The notes beneath the pieces were generated by a model that saw only the letters and a list, made by a program, of their open reading frames with translations, was not told the origin of the DNA and did no database searches. The position numbers and the translations under genes were made by a program. A stretch of 64,000 nucleotides of DNA from an uncultured Gemmatimonadaceae bacterium (GTDB lineage Bacteria > Gemmatimonadota > Gemmatimonadetes > Gemmatimonadales > Gemmatimonadaceae). The first letter of the stretch is position 1, and every line of letters begins with the position of its first letter. This document shows, in pieces, positions 29,665 through 41,253 of the stretch. The stretch spans positions 1,728,001 through 1,792,000 of the forward strand of contig CAVXGK010000002.1 in assembly GCA_963761305.1 (NCBI GenBank), given 5' to 3'.

Positions 29665-31794
29665 TCAGCGCACGCGCATCACGTCTTCGACCGGGCCCGC
29701 GTCGCCCGCGCCGAGGAGCTCGACGACCTCGCGGAGCGACGCGCGCTCGCCGGGAAAAGCGAAGCGAGTGAGCGCGTCGTCGACGGAGAGCCACTCCGAG
29801 CGCTGATGCTCGCCGCCGATCGTGACGTCGCCCGACTCGGCGATGAACGCGGCGAAGACGACGGCGAGCTGCATGGTGCGCGTGCGTCGCACGTAGAACG
29901 GCTGAACCCTCACGACGTACAGGCGTTCGGCGTCGAGTCCGGTTTCTTCGCGCAACTCTCGCAGCGCCGCTTCCTCCGGCTCCTCACCCGGTTCGATATG
30001 GCCGTGCACCGGCTCCCACGCCGACGGACAGCGCGTGTCGTTCGCCCGTTGGAGCGCGAGCACGCGCCAACCGGCCGCCAGCGGGCGTATGGCGAACACG
30101 TCGACCGTACCGATCTCGATGCGCGTCATGCGTGAAAAGCTACGCCGACGAGCCCGCGCTCGCGCGACCATGAGATCGATGTCGTCGCGCAAGTGAAACG
30201 CGTGGTCTCGGAACAACAGATTCATGGCCGTTTCGCGCGCCTGAGCCGGCGGTTGCGCGACGGCTGGTTCGTACGAGACACGCGTCGTGAGTTCGGCCTC
30301 GTCGGGCGTCGCGACGCGTCTGATCTCGTCGACCGTCGTGCGGCCGGCCTCCGCGTGCGCCACGCCCGAGGCCCAGAGCGACCGCATGCCGTCGGCGCGC
30401 GCGGCCTCGGTGATGCGCTCGGTGGATTCACCGGCCGCGACCCGGCGCTCGAACTCGGGCGTCGCGACGAGCACTTCGGCGATGGCGAGCCGGCCGTGGA
30501 ACCCGGAGGTGCCGCACTCGCCGCACGCGGTTGAATCGACGCCGCGGCACGACGCGCAGAGGCGACGGGCGAGCCGCTGCGCCATCACGCCTTTGACCGC
30601 CGTGGCGATCTTGTAGCTCGCCACGCCGATGTCGATCAGTCGCGTCACCGCGCTCGGCGCGTCGTTGGTGTGCAGCGTGGAGAGCACGAGGTGTCCGGTG
30701 AGCGACGCCTGGATCGCGATCTCGGCCGTTTCGCGATCGCGAATCTCGCCGATGAGGACAACGTCCGGATCCTGCCGCATGATCGAGCGCAGCGCGGTGG
30801 CGAACGTGAGTCCTGCTTTCTCGTTCACTTGTACCTGAACGATGCCGGGCAACCGATACTCGATTGGATCTTCCACCGTGACGATGTTCACGCCGCGCTC
30901 CTTGATGCGTCGCAGCGCGGCGTAGAGCGTGGTGGTCTTGCCGGAGCCTGTCGGTCCGGTGACGAGAATGAGTCCTTCACGCGATTGCAGCAGGCGCTCG
31001 ATGCGCTCGAGCTCGTCCGAGTGGAAACCCATCCCGTCGAGCGTCGGGACGGTCGAGCGGCCGTCGAGCACGCGGATCACGACCTTCTCGCCGTGCGCGG
31101 AAGGAAGCGTCGAGACGCGCAGATCCACGGCGGCGCCGTTGATCGCGACGCGCGCGCGGCCGTCCTGCGGGCGAAGACGATCGGCGATGTCGAGCCCCGA
31201 GAGAATCTTGATGCGTGACACGAGCGCCGGACCGAGGCTGCGGGGCAGCGTGCGCACGACGGCGAGCACCCCGTCGACGCGATGCCGCACGGCGATGCCC
31301 TGCTCTTCCGCCTCGATGTGGATGTCGCTGGCTCGCGTCGAGATGCCGGCGGCGAGAAGCTCGTCGACGAGCGCGCTCACCGTCGCCGCCGTTTCGCTCC
31401 CCGGCATCGGCGGCGCCGCCTCGGACTCGCCTCGGAGGTGCTCGACTTCCACGGCCGGTTCGACGTCGCGACCGACCGACTCGTCGCCGTAGACCTCGTC
31501 GATGCGTCGCGCGATGGCCGGCGCGGCGGCGATCGCCAGCCGGATCCTGCGCCCCGTGGCGAAGCCGAGTGTCCGCTCGCAATCGACGTCGAGGGGGTCG
31601 GCGGTGGCGATCACCAGCTCGTGCTCGGTGGCCGAGAGCGGCAACACGTGGAACCGGCGCGCCCACTTCTCGGGCACGAGTGCGACCGCTTGCTCGCTGG
31701 CGCGGCTCAGGTCGGCGATCGGGAGCCGAAAGCGCGCCGCGAGCGTCTCCACGTCCTGCGCGATCGGCGTCGGAAAGACAGTTTCGATGTCCAC
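29665..31794 (-). CDS. GspE/PilB-family secretion ATPase fused in frame to a C-terminal NUDIX hydrolase
   Basis: T2SSE N-domain, SDIHIE, RPQDGR, GPTGSGKTT, TVEDPIEY, MRQDPD, TGHLVLSTLH, CxxC..CxxC; complete Nudix box GHIEPGEEPEEAALRELREETGL. Confidence 0.88.
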   Translation of the reverse strand: MDIETVFPTPIAQDVETLAARFRLPIADLSRASEQAVALVPEKWARRFHVLPLSATEHELVIATADPLDVDCERTLGFATGRRIRLAIAAAPAIARRIDEVYGDESVGRDVEPAVEVEHLRGESEAAPPMPGSETAATVSALVDELLAAGISTRASDIHIEAEEQGIAVRHRVDGVLAVVRTLPRSLGPALVSRIKILSGLDIADRLRPQDGRARVAINGAAVDLRVSTLPSAHGEKVVIRVLDGRSTVPTLDGMGFHSDELERIERLLQSREGLILVTGPTGSGKTTTLYAALRRIKERGVNIVTVEDPIEYRLPGIVQVQVNEKAGLTFATALRSIMRQDPDVVLIGEIRDRETAEIAIQASLTGHLVLSTLHTNDAPSAVTRLIDIGVASYKIATAVKGVMAQRLARRLCASCRGVDSTACGECGTSGFHGRLAIAEVLVATPEFERRVAAGESTERITEAARADGMRSLWASGVAHAEAGRTTVDEIRRVATPDEAELTTRVSYEPAVAQPPAQARETAMNLLFRDHAFHLRDDIDLMVARARARRRSFSRMTRIEIGTVDVFAIRPLAAGWRVLALQRANDTRCPSAWEPVHGHIEPGEEPEEAALRELREETGLDAERLYVVRVQPFYVRRTRTMQLAVVFAAFIAESGDVTIGGEHQRSEWLSVDDALTRFAFPGERASLREVVELLGAGDAGPVEDVMRVR

Positions 31795-31892
31795 GCCGGC
31801 AACATCGCGACGTCAGCGGCGGAAAGCGTCATCCGAACGCCGCGATAGCGATCGTTTCCTCGCCAAGACACTCCTACCGCCGCCGAGAAGCG

Positions 31893-31988
31893 AACGCGGA
31901 TGCACGCAGATTGAAACAGCGATGGCCGCAGATGAGAACAAAGAAAGAATCTGCGGCCATCGCTGTTCAGATCCGCGGCATCCGCGTT
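31893..31988. repeat. Long nested inverted repeat (REP/MITE-like hairpin)
   Basis: Perfect 19-bp arms at 31915-31933 and 31949-31967, plus outer arms AACGCGGATGC / GCATCCGCGTT. Confidence 0.85.
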
Positions 31989-32025
31989 TCTGGCTTTGTT
32001 TGTTCGTTTTGGTGGCGCGCGGCGG

Positions 32026-34176
32026 TCAGAAGATGCTCCAGAACTCCCGGCTCACGTCCACGCCGAAGGTCCACCGCCCGCCACGCGCCACGCCGCGCGC
32101 GACGTCGATGCGCAGCACGTTGAACGGCAGCAGGTAGGCGGCTCCCAACGCTGGGTAGAGTTGGGGCGACGATGGACAACGAGCCGTGACGCTGACACAC
32201 ACGCCCGGCTGTTCGCCGAGCAGCGCGAAATGCGCGTACGGCGCGATCGCGCCTTGCGACGGCACGTGGCCGAAGCGTCCCAGGGAAAACGGAATGAACG
32301 GCGCGGGAAGCTGCCACTCCAGGTGCGCCGTGGCGCCGGCGTCAGAAACGAGCGAGTGAAAGTTGTAGCCGGGCGCGGAGACGGGGCCGCCGAGGTAGAC
32401 GAGCTCCGTCCGCTGCGGCGCGAGGTCCGTGTTCTGCCCGCCAACACCCGCGACCGTCGCCGACGTGACTAGTCGTGTTTCGCCGAAGGGTCGCTCGAGC
32501 TGCGCGACGAGCGAGCCTCGCAGCGTCGAGCCAAGATCGCCTGCGAAGAGAGGACCCGGCTCCGGCACTTGCGGGCCCTGCGGCACGACGAGCCTCGCCT
32601 GGGCGTGCATCGTAAGCTCGGTCCCGAACATCCACAGCGACGGCGGCCGGTCGAGGTCGAGCGCCCAGCGCAGGACGTGCTGGTCGGCGACGGGAACCGT
32701 CGGCTGGAACGTGCCGGTGACGGGTGTGGCGCGGACGGACACCGGCGACTGCCACTCGAGCGCGCCCGTGACCGTCGCGTCGAGGCCGAGCAGCGAACGC
32801 GCTTCGGCTTTCAACCCCGCCGCGCGCACGAGATACGGATCGGTGTAGTCGCTGGCGAATTCCTGGGCGGCGAGACTGTTCACCGCCATCGACCGCTCGG
32901 CGACGTCGCCCAGCTCGCGATAGTCGCGCGACGCGAACGCCCGAATCGACGAGCCGTCGGCGCGCGCGACGCCAAACTCGGCGTCGCCCTTCACGAGTCT
33001 GTCCGCCGCTCCGTATCGGGCACGCACGCTGGCCACGACGCCGGCGCCGAATTGCTTCGACAATCCGGTTCCAAACGCCAGGCCCTCGGCACGATCGAAG
33101 CGCACGAAGTCGGAGAGGTCGCGCGCCGACAACGTCGCCGCCTGAGCGCGCGCGAGCGCCTGTGCGCGCACGAGCTGCCGCACTTCCGACTGCACGCGCG
33201 CGATGTCCGGCTCTGACACCGCGCGCACGTCCGGCGGCAGCGAGTCGAGCACGCGTCCCGTCCAGTGATACGCGTGCAGCTCCTGCGGCGTCGCCTGCAC
33301 GATTTCCGGGCCGGCAAACAGCTGCGTCGGAATCGACGTGTTGAATTGGTAGTCGCCGATCTCCCAACGTCCGCGAATAATGCCGCGCACGGGATAGTCG
33401 AGCCACGTTCCGCGCCGCTCGATTTCGATCTGTTGCCGGCTCGGCAGCCAGAAGCGCCCGCCGACCAGCCGATTCTCCAGAACGATCGACAGCTGCTCGA
33501 GCGAGTTGTCGAGGAACGCCGCGCGCGTGAAGCCGAAATTCATGCGCACGACTTGCCCGCCGGAGGCATCGATGTAGATCGCGCCGACGATGCGCGGTTT
33601 GCGGTCGTCCTTGGGGCGGACCTTGATCTCGTAGACGCGGATTCGCTGCGAGCCGGCGCCGATGGCGAAGCTGTCGCTCAGCGCGAAGTCGTATTGCCCC
33701 AGCCCGGCCGGCGAGAGCGGATGCGGCACGTCGGCCACCTCGTCGCCGTCGCCGATCCGAATGATGTTCGGGAAGTTGTTCTGGACGATGCCAAGGTGGT
33801 CGCGGTGATACGCGATGTCCGTAGGAAGCAAGAGCGTGTCGCGGCGGCCTACAATCCGCTGCTTGCTGAGGTTGGGCGCGTGCCAGTAGACTTCCAGCGC
33901 CAGCTCATCGGCCTTGATGACCTTGGGCGGTGTTCGGAGCCCCTCACCCAGCTGCGCCAGGAAAGTCACGTACCCGTGCGCGGTGGCCCGGTAGTCGACG
34001 AGCCCCGTGTCCGCCAACTGCTCGGCGCGGCGCTTCGCGGCGCCGGTGACGAGCGCGAGGGTTCGCGAATCGTTCCACGTTTGCGCCGCGGCTGGCGATC
34101 CGTACGCAAGACCCAACCCGACCACGTACACGCACGCGGCGGCGGCACGACCGCGCGCCGCGAGGAATCGAAGCAT
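32026..34176 (-). CDS. Large secreted or outer-membrane protein (DUF5686-like N-terminal half, probable C-terminal beta barrel)
   Basis: ATG 34176, signal peptide ending AAA-Q; GRFWLPSRQQIE, VRFDRAEGLAFG; terminal strands ending in F. Family assignment tentative. Confidence 0.6.
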   Translation of the reverse strand: MLRFLAARGRAAAACVYVVGLGLAYGSPAAAQTWNDSRTLALVTGAAKRRAEQLADTGLVDYRATAHGYVTFLAQLGEGLRTPPKVIKADELALEVYWHAPNLSKQRIVGRRDTLLLPTDIAYHRDHLGIVQNNFPNIIRIGDGDEVADVPHPLSPAGLGQYDFALSDSFAIGAGSQRIRVYEIKVRPKDDRKPRIVGAIYIDASGGQVVRMNFGFTRAAFLDNSLEQLSIVLENRLVGGRFWLPSRQQIEIERRGTWLDYPVRGIIRGRWEIGDYQFNTSIPTQLFAGPEIVQATPQELHAYHWTGRVLDSLPPDVRAVSEPDIARVQSEVRQLVRAQALARAQAATLSARDLSDFVRFDRAEGLAFGTGLSKQFGAGVVASVRARYGAADRLVKGDAEFGVARADGSSIRAFASRDYRELGDVAERSMAVNSLAAQEFASDYTDPYLVRAAGLKAEARSLLGLDATVTGALEWQSPVSVRATPVTGTFQPTVPVADQHVLRWALDLDRPPSLWMFGTELTMHAQARLVVPQGPQVPEPGPLFAGDLGSTLRGSLVAQLERPFGETRLVTSATVAGVGGQNTDLAPQRTELVYLGGPVSAPGYNFHSLVSDAGATAHLEWQLPAPFIPFSLGRFGHVPSQGAIAPYAHFALLGEQPGVCVSVTARCPSSPQLYPALGAAYLLPFNVLRIDVARGVARGGRWTFGVDVSREFWSIF

Positions 34177-34221
34177 GGTTTGCGAATATCGCGGGGCGTT
34201 TCTGCCGGAGCAACGGGCGGC

Positions 34222-35748
34222 GTGAGTCTCGAAGACTTCCGCGCACGAGCACGCCGAGCCGTCGGCGCGTCGGCCCGTCTCGTCCCGGTGTGGCGCGACG
34301 TGCTGCTCGACGCGTATACGCCCGTCGCCGCCTTCGCCAAGCTCCGGCACGGGCCCTTCGCATTCCTCCTGGAGTCGGCGCCGGCCGGCGGCGAAACGTG
34401 GGCCCGCTACACCTTCATGGGCACCGCGCCGCGCGCCGCCTGGCGCCTCGTGGACGGCGTCGTTCACGACTGGACGGCCGAGCGGGGATGGCACAACGCC
34501 CGCCGGCCGGAGGATCCGCTCGCTGACCTCGAGACTTTGCTCCGGGCCGCTGATCCCGTCGAGGCGCCGGAGATCGGCGAGTTCTGGAGCGGCGCGGTCG
34601 GCTACTTCGGCTATGACGTCGCGCGGCTCATCGAACGGCTCCCCGAGCCGCCGGCGCGCGGTGTGGACGTTCCCGACGCGCTGTTCGTGTTCACCGACGC
34701 GCTCGTCATCTTCGACAATCTGCGCTCGCAGGCGCGCGTCGTCGCCGCGGCGCGCGTCGAGCCGCACGCGACCGACGCGCAACTCGATAGCGCGTACGCG
34801 CAGGCGTGCCATGCCGTGGAGTCTACTGTCGGCCGGCTGCGCGGGCCGTCGATGCTCGAACCGCTCGATCTCGACCCGACCGCGCCGCCCGTCGCCGGAC
34901 GCTCGAAGTACCCGCGTGACAAGTTCCTGCACGACGTCGAGCGCGTGCGCCGGTACATCATCGCCGGCGACGCGTTTCAGGTGCAGATCGCGCGGCGCAT
35001 CGACGTGCCGCTCGATTTCTTGCCGACAGATCTCTACCGCGCGCTCCGGGTGATCAACCCGTCGCCCTACATGTACCACCTCGTGCTCGACGGCACGGAG
35101 ATCGTCGGCAGCTCCCCCGAGCTGCTGATCCGCGTCGCCACCGACCGGACGGTGACGCTGCGGCCGATCGCCGGCACGCGCCGCCGCGGACGCTCGGCCG
35201 AGGACGACGCGCGGATGACGCAGGAGCTGGTCAGCAACGAGAAAGAGCGCGCCGAGCACCTGATGCTCGTCGATCTCGGGCGCAACGACGTCGGCCGGAT
35301 CGCCGAGTACGGCACGGTGAACGTGTCGGAGCTCATGGTCGTGGAGCGCTACTCGCACGTGCTGCACCTGGTCAGCCAGGTCGACGGCAAGCTCCGCGAC
35401 GGACTCACGGCGATGGACGCGTTCCGCGCCGGCTTCCCCGCGGGCACGCTCACCGGGGCGCCGAAGGTCCGCGCGATGGAGATCATCGACGAGATGGAGC
35501 CGGAACGGCGCGGTCCGTACGGCGGCGCGGTGGGCTACATCGGCGCCGGCGCCAGGCGGATGGACCTCGCGATCACGATTCGTACATGTGTGATCGCGAA
35601 TGGCGTCGCGTCGGTGCAGGCCGCGGCGGGCGTCGTCTACGACTCGATCCCCGAGCAGGAATTCCTCGAACACGAGAACAAGGTGCGCGCACTTCTCACC
35701 GCGATCGGCCAGGTCCGCGCCGCCCGCCGCACGAGCGTGAGGGCGTAA
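34222..35748 (+). CDS. trpE: Anthranilate synthase component I family (chorismate-binding) protein
   Basis: FLLES, GYFGYD, GDAFQVQ, NPSPYM, SSPE, PIAGTRRRG, EHLMLVDLGRND, GTLTGAPK. Confidence 0.88.
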   Translation: MSLEDFRARARRAVGASARLVPVWRDVLLDAYTPVAAFAKLRHGPFAFLLESAPAGGETWARYTFMGTAPRAAWRLVDGVVHDWTAERGWHNARRPEDPLADLETLLRAADPVEAPEIGEFWSGAVGYFGYDVARLIERLPEPPARGVDVPDALFVFTDALVIFDNLRSQARVVAAARVEPHATDAQLDSAYAQACHAVESTVGRLRGPSMLEPLDLDPTAPPVAGRSKYPRDKFLHDVERVRRYIIAGDAFQVQIARRIDVPLDFLPTDLYRALRVINPSPYMYHLVLDGTEIVGSSPELLIRVATDRTVTLRPIAGTRRRGRSAEDDARMTQELVSNEKERAEHLMLVDLGRNDVGRIAEYGTVNVSELMVVERYSHVLHLVSQVDGKLRDGLTAMDAFRAGFPAGTLTGAPKVRAMEIIDEMEPERRGPYGGAVGYIGAGARRMDLAITIRTCVIANGVASVQAAAGVVYDSIPEQEFLEHENKVRALLTAIGQVRAARRTSVRA

Positions 35749-35755
35749 CCGGGCC

Positions 35756-37281
<1,526 letters not shown>

Positions 37282-37282
<1 letters not shown>

Positions 37283-38070
37283 TGCCGGACGTGGCACGCG
37301 CGCTTCCGTCGGGCTTCGTCGCCTTTGCGGTCGGCAACGTGCACGTGGTGAGCGCGGAGCCATTCGCTGACGCGATTCGCGCCGCGCTCGAGTCGGGATC
37401 GGAAACGCTCCACGGGTACGCGCGGCGTCACCCGAAGGCGAAACCGCTCGCCGGCCGCGGCGTCGCGTACGCAGCGCCCTTGCCGCGGGGCGGGACGAGA
37501 GTCGTCGTGCGACACAACCGCCACGGCGGACTGCTGGCCGTTCTGACGCGCGATTTGTTCCTTCCGCCGACGCGCGCGCCGCTCGAGCTCGACGCGTCGC
37601 TTCGTCTCGTGCGGGCCGGCGTGCCGACCCCGGAGTTCGTCGCCTACGCGACATACCCTGCTCCGCTCGGATTCCGCCGCGCCGACGTCGCGACTCGCGA
37701 GGTCGCCGGCAGCTTCGACTTCTCCGACGTCCTCACGCGGCCGGATGCATCGCTTCGCGCGCGCGCGTGGACGGCGATCGCGGACCTGCTTCGACGTCTC
37801 GCGTCAGCGGGAGCGCGGCATCACGATCTGAACGTGAAAAACGTGCTGCTCCACGAGCGGGGCGACGGTCTCGAGGCGCTCGTGCTCGACGTGGATCGGG
37901 TGACGTTCGAATCGGGGGGGGGCGACGTGATGGCGGCGAACGTCGCGCGGCTCACGCGGTCGGCGCGCAAATGGCGCGAGCGTCACGGAGCGAGCGTGGA
38001 CGAGTCCGAGCTCGCGATCCTCGCGCGGTCGGTCTTCGAGGCGTCTCTGTCGGCGGTGACGCGCTCGTAG
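37282..38070 (+). CDS. LPS kinase, Kdo kinase/InaA family
   Basis: AGRG, VVRHNRHGGL, GVPTPE, HHDLNVKNVLL, VLDVD, NVARLTRS; TGATG overlap with the cyclase. Confidence 0.8.
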
Positions 38071-39131
38071 ACTTCGATCATGCGATCCGTCATCCGTTCG
38101 ACCGAGAATTCGCGCACACGCCGCCGGCCCGCCTCGCCGAAGCGCGCGGCCAGCGCGCGATCGGTCACCAGCCGGACGATGGCCGCGCCCAACGCTTCCG
38201 GATTCTCTCGCTCGGCGAGCAGTCCGGTTTCTTCGTCGATCACGACCTCGGGAATGCCGCCCGCCCTGGTGGCCGCGATCGGCCGGCCGAACGCCATCGC
38301 GTCGAGCAGCACGGAGCCCATGCCCTCTTCGCGCGAGCTGAGACAGGCGACGGTCGCCGCGGCGAGCAAGGCGTCGGCGTCGGTCCGGTATCCGACGACG
38401 CGCACGACGTCGCCGAGTCCGAGCCGCGCGACCTCGCCCACGACCGCGTCGCGCAGCGGCCCGTCGCCCACCAGGAGCGCTTGCAAACCGGGGGCGACGC
38501 GATTTGCGTACGCCATCGCGCGAACGAAGTTGACAGGATCCTTATGACCGACGAGCTGCGCGACCTGAACGACGAGCGGGGAATTCGGCGCCACGCCGCA
38601 CGCGGCCAGCGTATCGGACGACGCGGGTTCGACGGCGCGCCGCAGGTCGACGCCGTCGGGCACGACGACGATGCGCTCGCGCGCGACGCCGCCGGCGACG
38701 AGCACCTCGGCGACCGCGTTCGACACGGCGACGATCACCGCGGCGCGGCCGTACTTCCACCGGGTGCCCGCGTTGGCGCGCAGAGGAAAGTCGACGCGTC
38801 GCGAGACGACCAGCGCCGCGCGCGTGCCGATCGTCGCCATCGCGCCCACGGCGACGGCGTGCGCCGTGTGCGCGTGCACGACGTCGATTCGCCGCGTCAA
38901 GATCTCGCGCCGCAGCCGCCACGCCGCCCGCGGATCGAGCTCGGTGGCGGGCGCACAGTCGACGACCGGAAGCCCTGCGTCGGCGGCTCGCGCGGCCATC
39001 GGTTCGCCGCGCCGCGCGGCGACGACCGACGCGTGGCCGCGATCGGCCAGTTCGCGAGCGAGCCACAGCGCCTGACGTTCGCCGCCACGCCACCCTCGCT
39101 CCGTGTCGACGTGCAGCACGCGGATCGTCAC
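37983..39131 (-). CDS. Glycosyltransferase family 4
   Basis: WRGGERQ, VHAH, HKD, SSREEGMGSVLLDAMA, GGIPEV. Confidence 0.9.
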   Translation of the reverse strand: MTIRVLHVDTERGWRGGERQALWLARELADRGHASVVAARRGEPMAARAADAGLPVVDCAPATELDPRAAWRLRREILTRRIDVVHAHTAHAVAVGAMATIGTRAALVVSRRVDFPLRANAGTRWKYGRAAVIVAVSNAVAEVLVAGGVARERIVVVPDGVDLRRAVEPASSDTLAACGVAPNSPLVVQVAQLVGHKDPVNFVRAMAYANRVAPGLQALLVGDGPLRDAVVGEVARLGLGDVVRVVGYRTDADALLAAATVACLSSREEGMGSVLLDAMAFGRPIAATRAGGIPEVVIDEETGLLAERENPEALGAAIVRLVTDRALAARFGEAGRRRVREFSVERMTDRMIEVYERVTADRDASKTDRARIASSDSSTLAP

Positions 39132-39208
39132 GGCGCGCAACTTCCGTTGCTCGCGCGGCCGGCGCAAGCGGTATTCGTCCGCGCGACGCGCTCCGAACCC
39201 ACGGTGGG

Positions 39209-40207
39209 ATGACCGGCATCCCGTTCGCCGCGCCCGAACGCATCCTGATCGTCGCCCTCGACAACCTCGGCGATCTCGTGTTCGCGTCGGCGCTGGCGCC
39301 GCCGCTGCGCGAGGCGTTTCCCGACGCGACGATCGACATCTGGTGCAAGTCGTACACGGCGCCGGTCGCGGCGCTCGTGCCGCACGTGCGCCGCGTGATC
39401 GCGGCGGATCCGTTCTGGTCGCCGCCCGCAGGACAGCCGCGCGGCCCGATGCTCAGATTCTTTGGCGCGATGAACGAGGTGCGCCAAGGTCAGTATGATG
39501 TCGCGGTTCTGAGTGAAGCGCCGTGGCGCACGGCCGCCGCGGTCGCGGCCGCGCAGGTGCCGGTCCGTATCGGTCTCGCGCGCCATCGCAACGACACATT
39601 CCTGACGCACGTCCTGGCCGCCCAGGATCCGCAGCAACCTGTCGTCCGCGAACAAGGACGGCTGCTCAAGGCGTTCGGGATCGACGCGCGCGCGCGGTTC
39701 TATCGGCTGGATCCGACGCCACTGGCGAATACCGTTCGCACCATCGGCGAGACGCTGCCGCGAGTTTTCGTGGCGCTTCATCCGTTCGCGGGTGATCGCG
39801 CACGGTGTGTATCGCTGGCCGAATGGGCGAAGGTCGCGTTTCGACTGAACGCGCTCGGCATCCCCGCCCTCTGGATCGGCACGCCCGAGGAGCTGACCGA
39901 GCTCCGCGCGTCGCATCCGCATCCGCCCGGTTTCTATTCCGACAAGCTTGGCGACGGGTCGCTCGCGCCCACCGCGGCGGCGCTGTCGCGCGCGACGTGC
40001 ATGGCCGGGCACGACTCGGGTCCGCTGCACATGGCCGCCGCGTTCGGCGTGCCGGTCGTCGGGATCTTCGCGCCCGGCCAGCCCGAGCGCACGTTTCCGC
40101 AGGGCGCGGGTGTGTGGCGCCTGCTCCATCGTCCGACACCCACGGAGATCACGGCGGCGATGATCGTCCGCGAGATCGAGGAGCTCCAGGTCCTCCCCGC
40201 ATCATGA
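39209..40207 (+). CDS. Glycosyltransferase family 9 (LPS heptosyltransferase-like)
   Basis: DNLGDLV, LHPFAG, GHDSGPLHMAAAFGVP. Confidence 0.9.
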   Translation: MTGIPFAAPERILIVALDNLGDLVFASALAPPLREAFPDATIDIWCKSYTAPVAALVPHVRRVIAADPFWSPPAGQPRGPMLRFFGAMNEVRQGQYDVAVLSEAPWRTAAAVAAAQVPVRIGLARHRNDTFLTHVLAAQDPQQPVVREQGRLLKAFGIDARARFYRLDPTPLANTVRTIGETLPRVFVALHPFAGDRARCVSLAEWAKVAFRLNALGIPALWIGTPEELTELRASHPHPPGFYSDKLGDGSLAPTAAALSRATCMAGHDSGPLHMAAAFGVPVVGIFAPGQPERTFPQGAGVWRLLHRPTPTEITAAMIVREIEELQVLPAS

Positions 40208-41253
40208 TCGACGCGCGGCTCGACCGCGTTTGCATCGTGATGATGAGCGCGGTCGGCGACGCCGTGCACGTTCTGCCGGTCGTGAACGCGCTCAAGCGCC
40301 ACGCGCCTGCCGCGCACGTCACGTGGGTCCTCCAGCCCGGACCGGCGACGCTGGTGCGCGGCCATCCGGCGATCGACGACATCATTTTGTTCGACCGCTC
40401 GCGCCGCACGCGCGCGTTTTTCGACGTGCGCCGCGCCCTCGCCGGGCGCCGGTTCGATCTCGTGATCGACCTGCAGGTGTATTTCAAGGCGGGCATCGTG
40501 ACGTCGTTCACGCGCGCGCCCGTGAAGCTCGGCTTCGACCGCGCGCGGGCCCGCGACGCGAACTGGTTGTTCACCACGCACCGCATTCCGCCGCACGAAC
40601 CGCAACACGTGCAGGATCAGTATTTCGAGTTTCTTACGGCGGTCGGAGTTCCGGTCGGTGACGTCGTGTGGAACCTCGGTCCGTGGAACGGCGAACGCGC
40701 GGTTCAGCGCGCGTTCTTCGCGCCCATCGAGCGGCCCACGGCCTCGATCGTCGTCGCGACGAGCAAGCCGCAGAAGGACTGGCTGCCGGAACGCTGGGCC
40801 GAGGTTGCTGATGCGCTCTACCATGATTTTGGATTGCAGCCGGTACTGGTCGGCGGCCGCTCGCCGCGCGAACTGTCGGCCGAGGAAATCATCCGCCGGC
40901 GTGCGCGGGCTCCACTCGTGTCGGCGCTCGGCAGCGGACTGCGCAACCTGGTCGGCATCCTCGATGGCTCGGCGCTCGTGCTGGCGCCGGACACCGGTCC
41001 GCTCCACATGGCGGTGGCGCTCGACCGGCCGGTGGTTTCGCTCATCGGATATACGAATCCCAAGCGCACCGGTCCCTATCGCCGGTTTCACGACCTGATC
41101 GTCGACGCGTACGGCGAGCCCGGTGAGAACTATCCGATCAGCATGGAGAACCGCCTGGACCGAATGCCGCGCATCGAAGTGCGCGACGTGCTCGACCGCG
41201 TCGAACATTGGCGTGCGAACTACGCGTCGGCGGTGAGCGGCCCGAAGTCGTAG
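40204..41253 (+). CDS. Glycosyltransferase family 9 (LPS heptosyltransferase-like)
   Basis: ATG 40204 overlaps the previous stop; SAVGDAVH, DLQ, KDW, PDTGPLHMAVAL. Confidence 0.9.
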   Translation: MIDARLDRVCIVMMSAVGDAVHVLPVVNALKRHAPAAHVTWVLQPGPATLVRGHPAIDDIILFDRSRRTRAFFDVRRALAGRRFDLVIDLQVYFKAGIVTSFTRAPVKLGFDRARARDANWLFTTHRIPPHEPQHVQDQYFEFLTAVGVPVGDVVWNLGPWNGERAVQRAFFAPIERPTASIVVATSKPQKDWLPERWAEVADALYHDFGLQPVLVGGRSPRELSAEEIIRRRARAPLVSALGSGLRNLVGILDGSALVLAPDTGPLHMAVALDRPVVSLIGYTNPKRTGPYRRFHDLIVDAYGEPGENYPISMENRLDRMPRIEVRDVLDRVEHWRANYASAVSGPKS

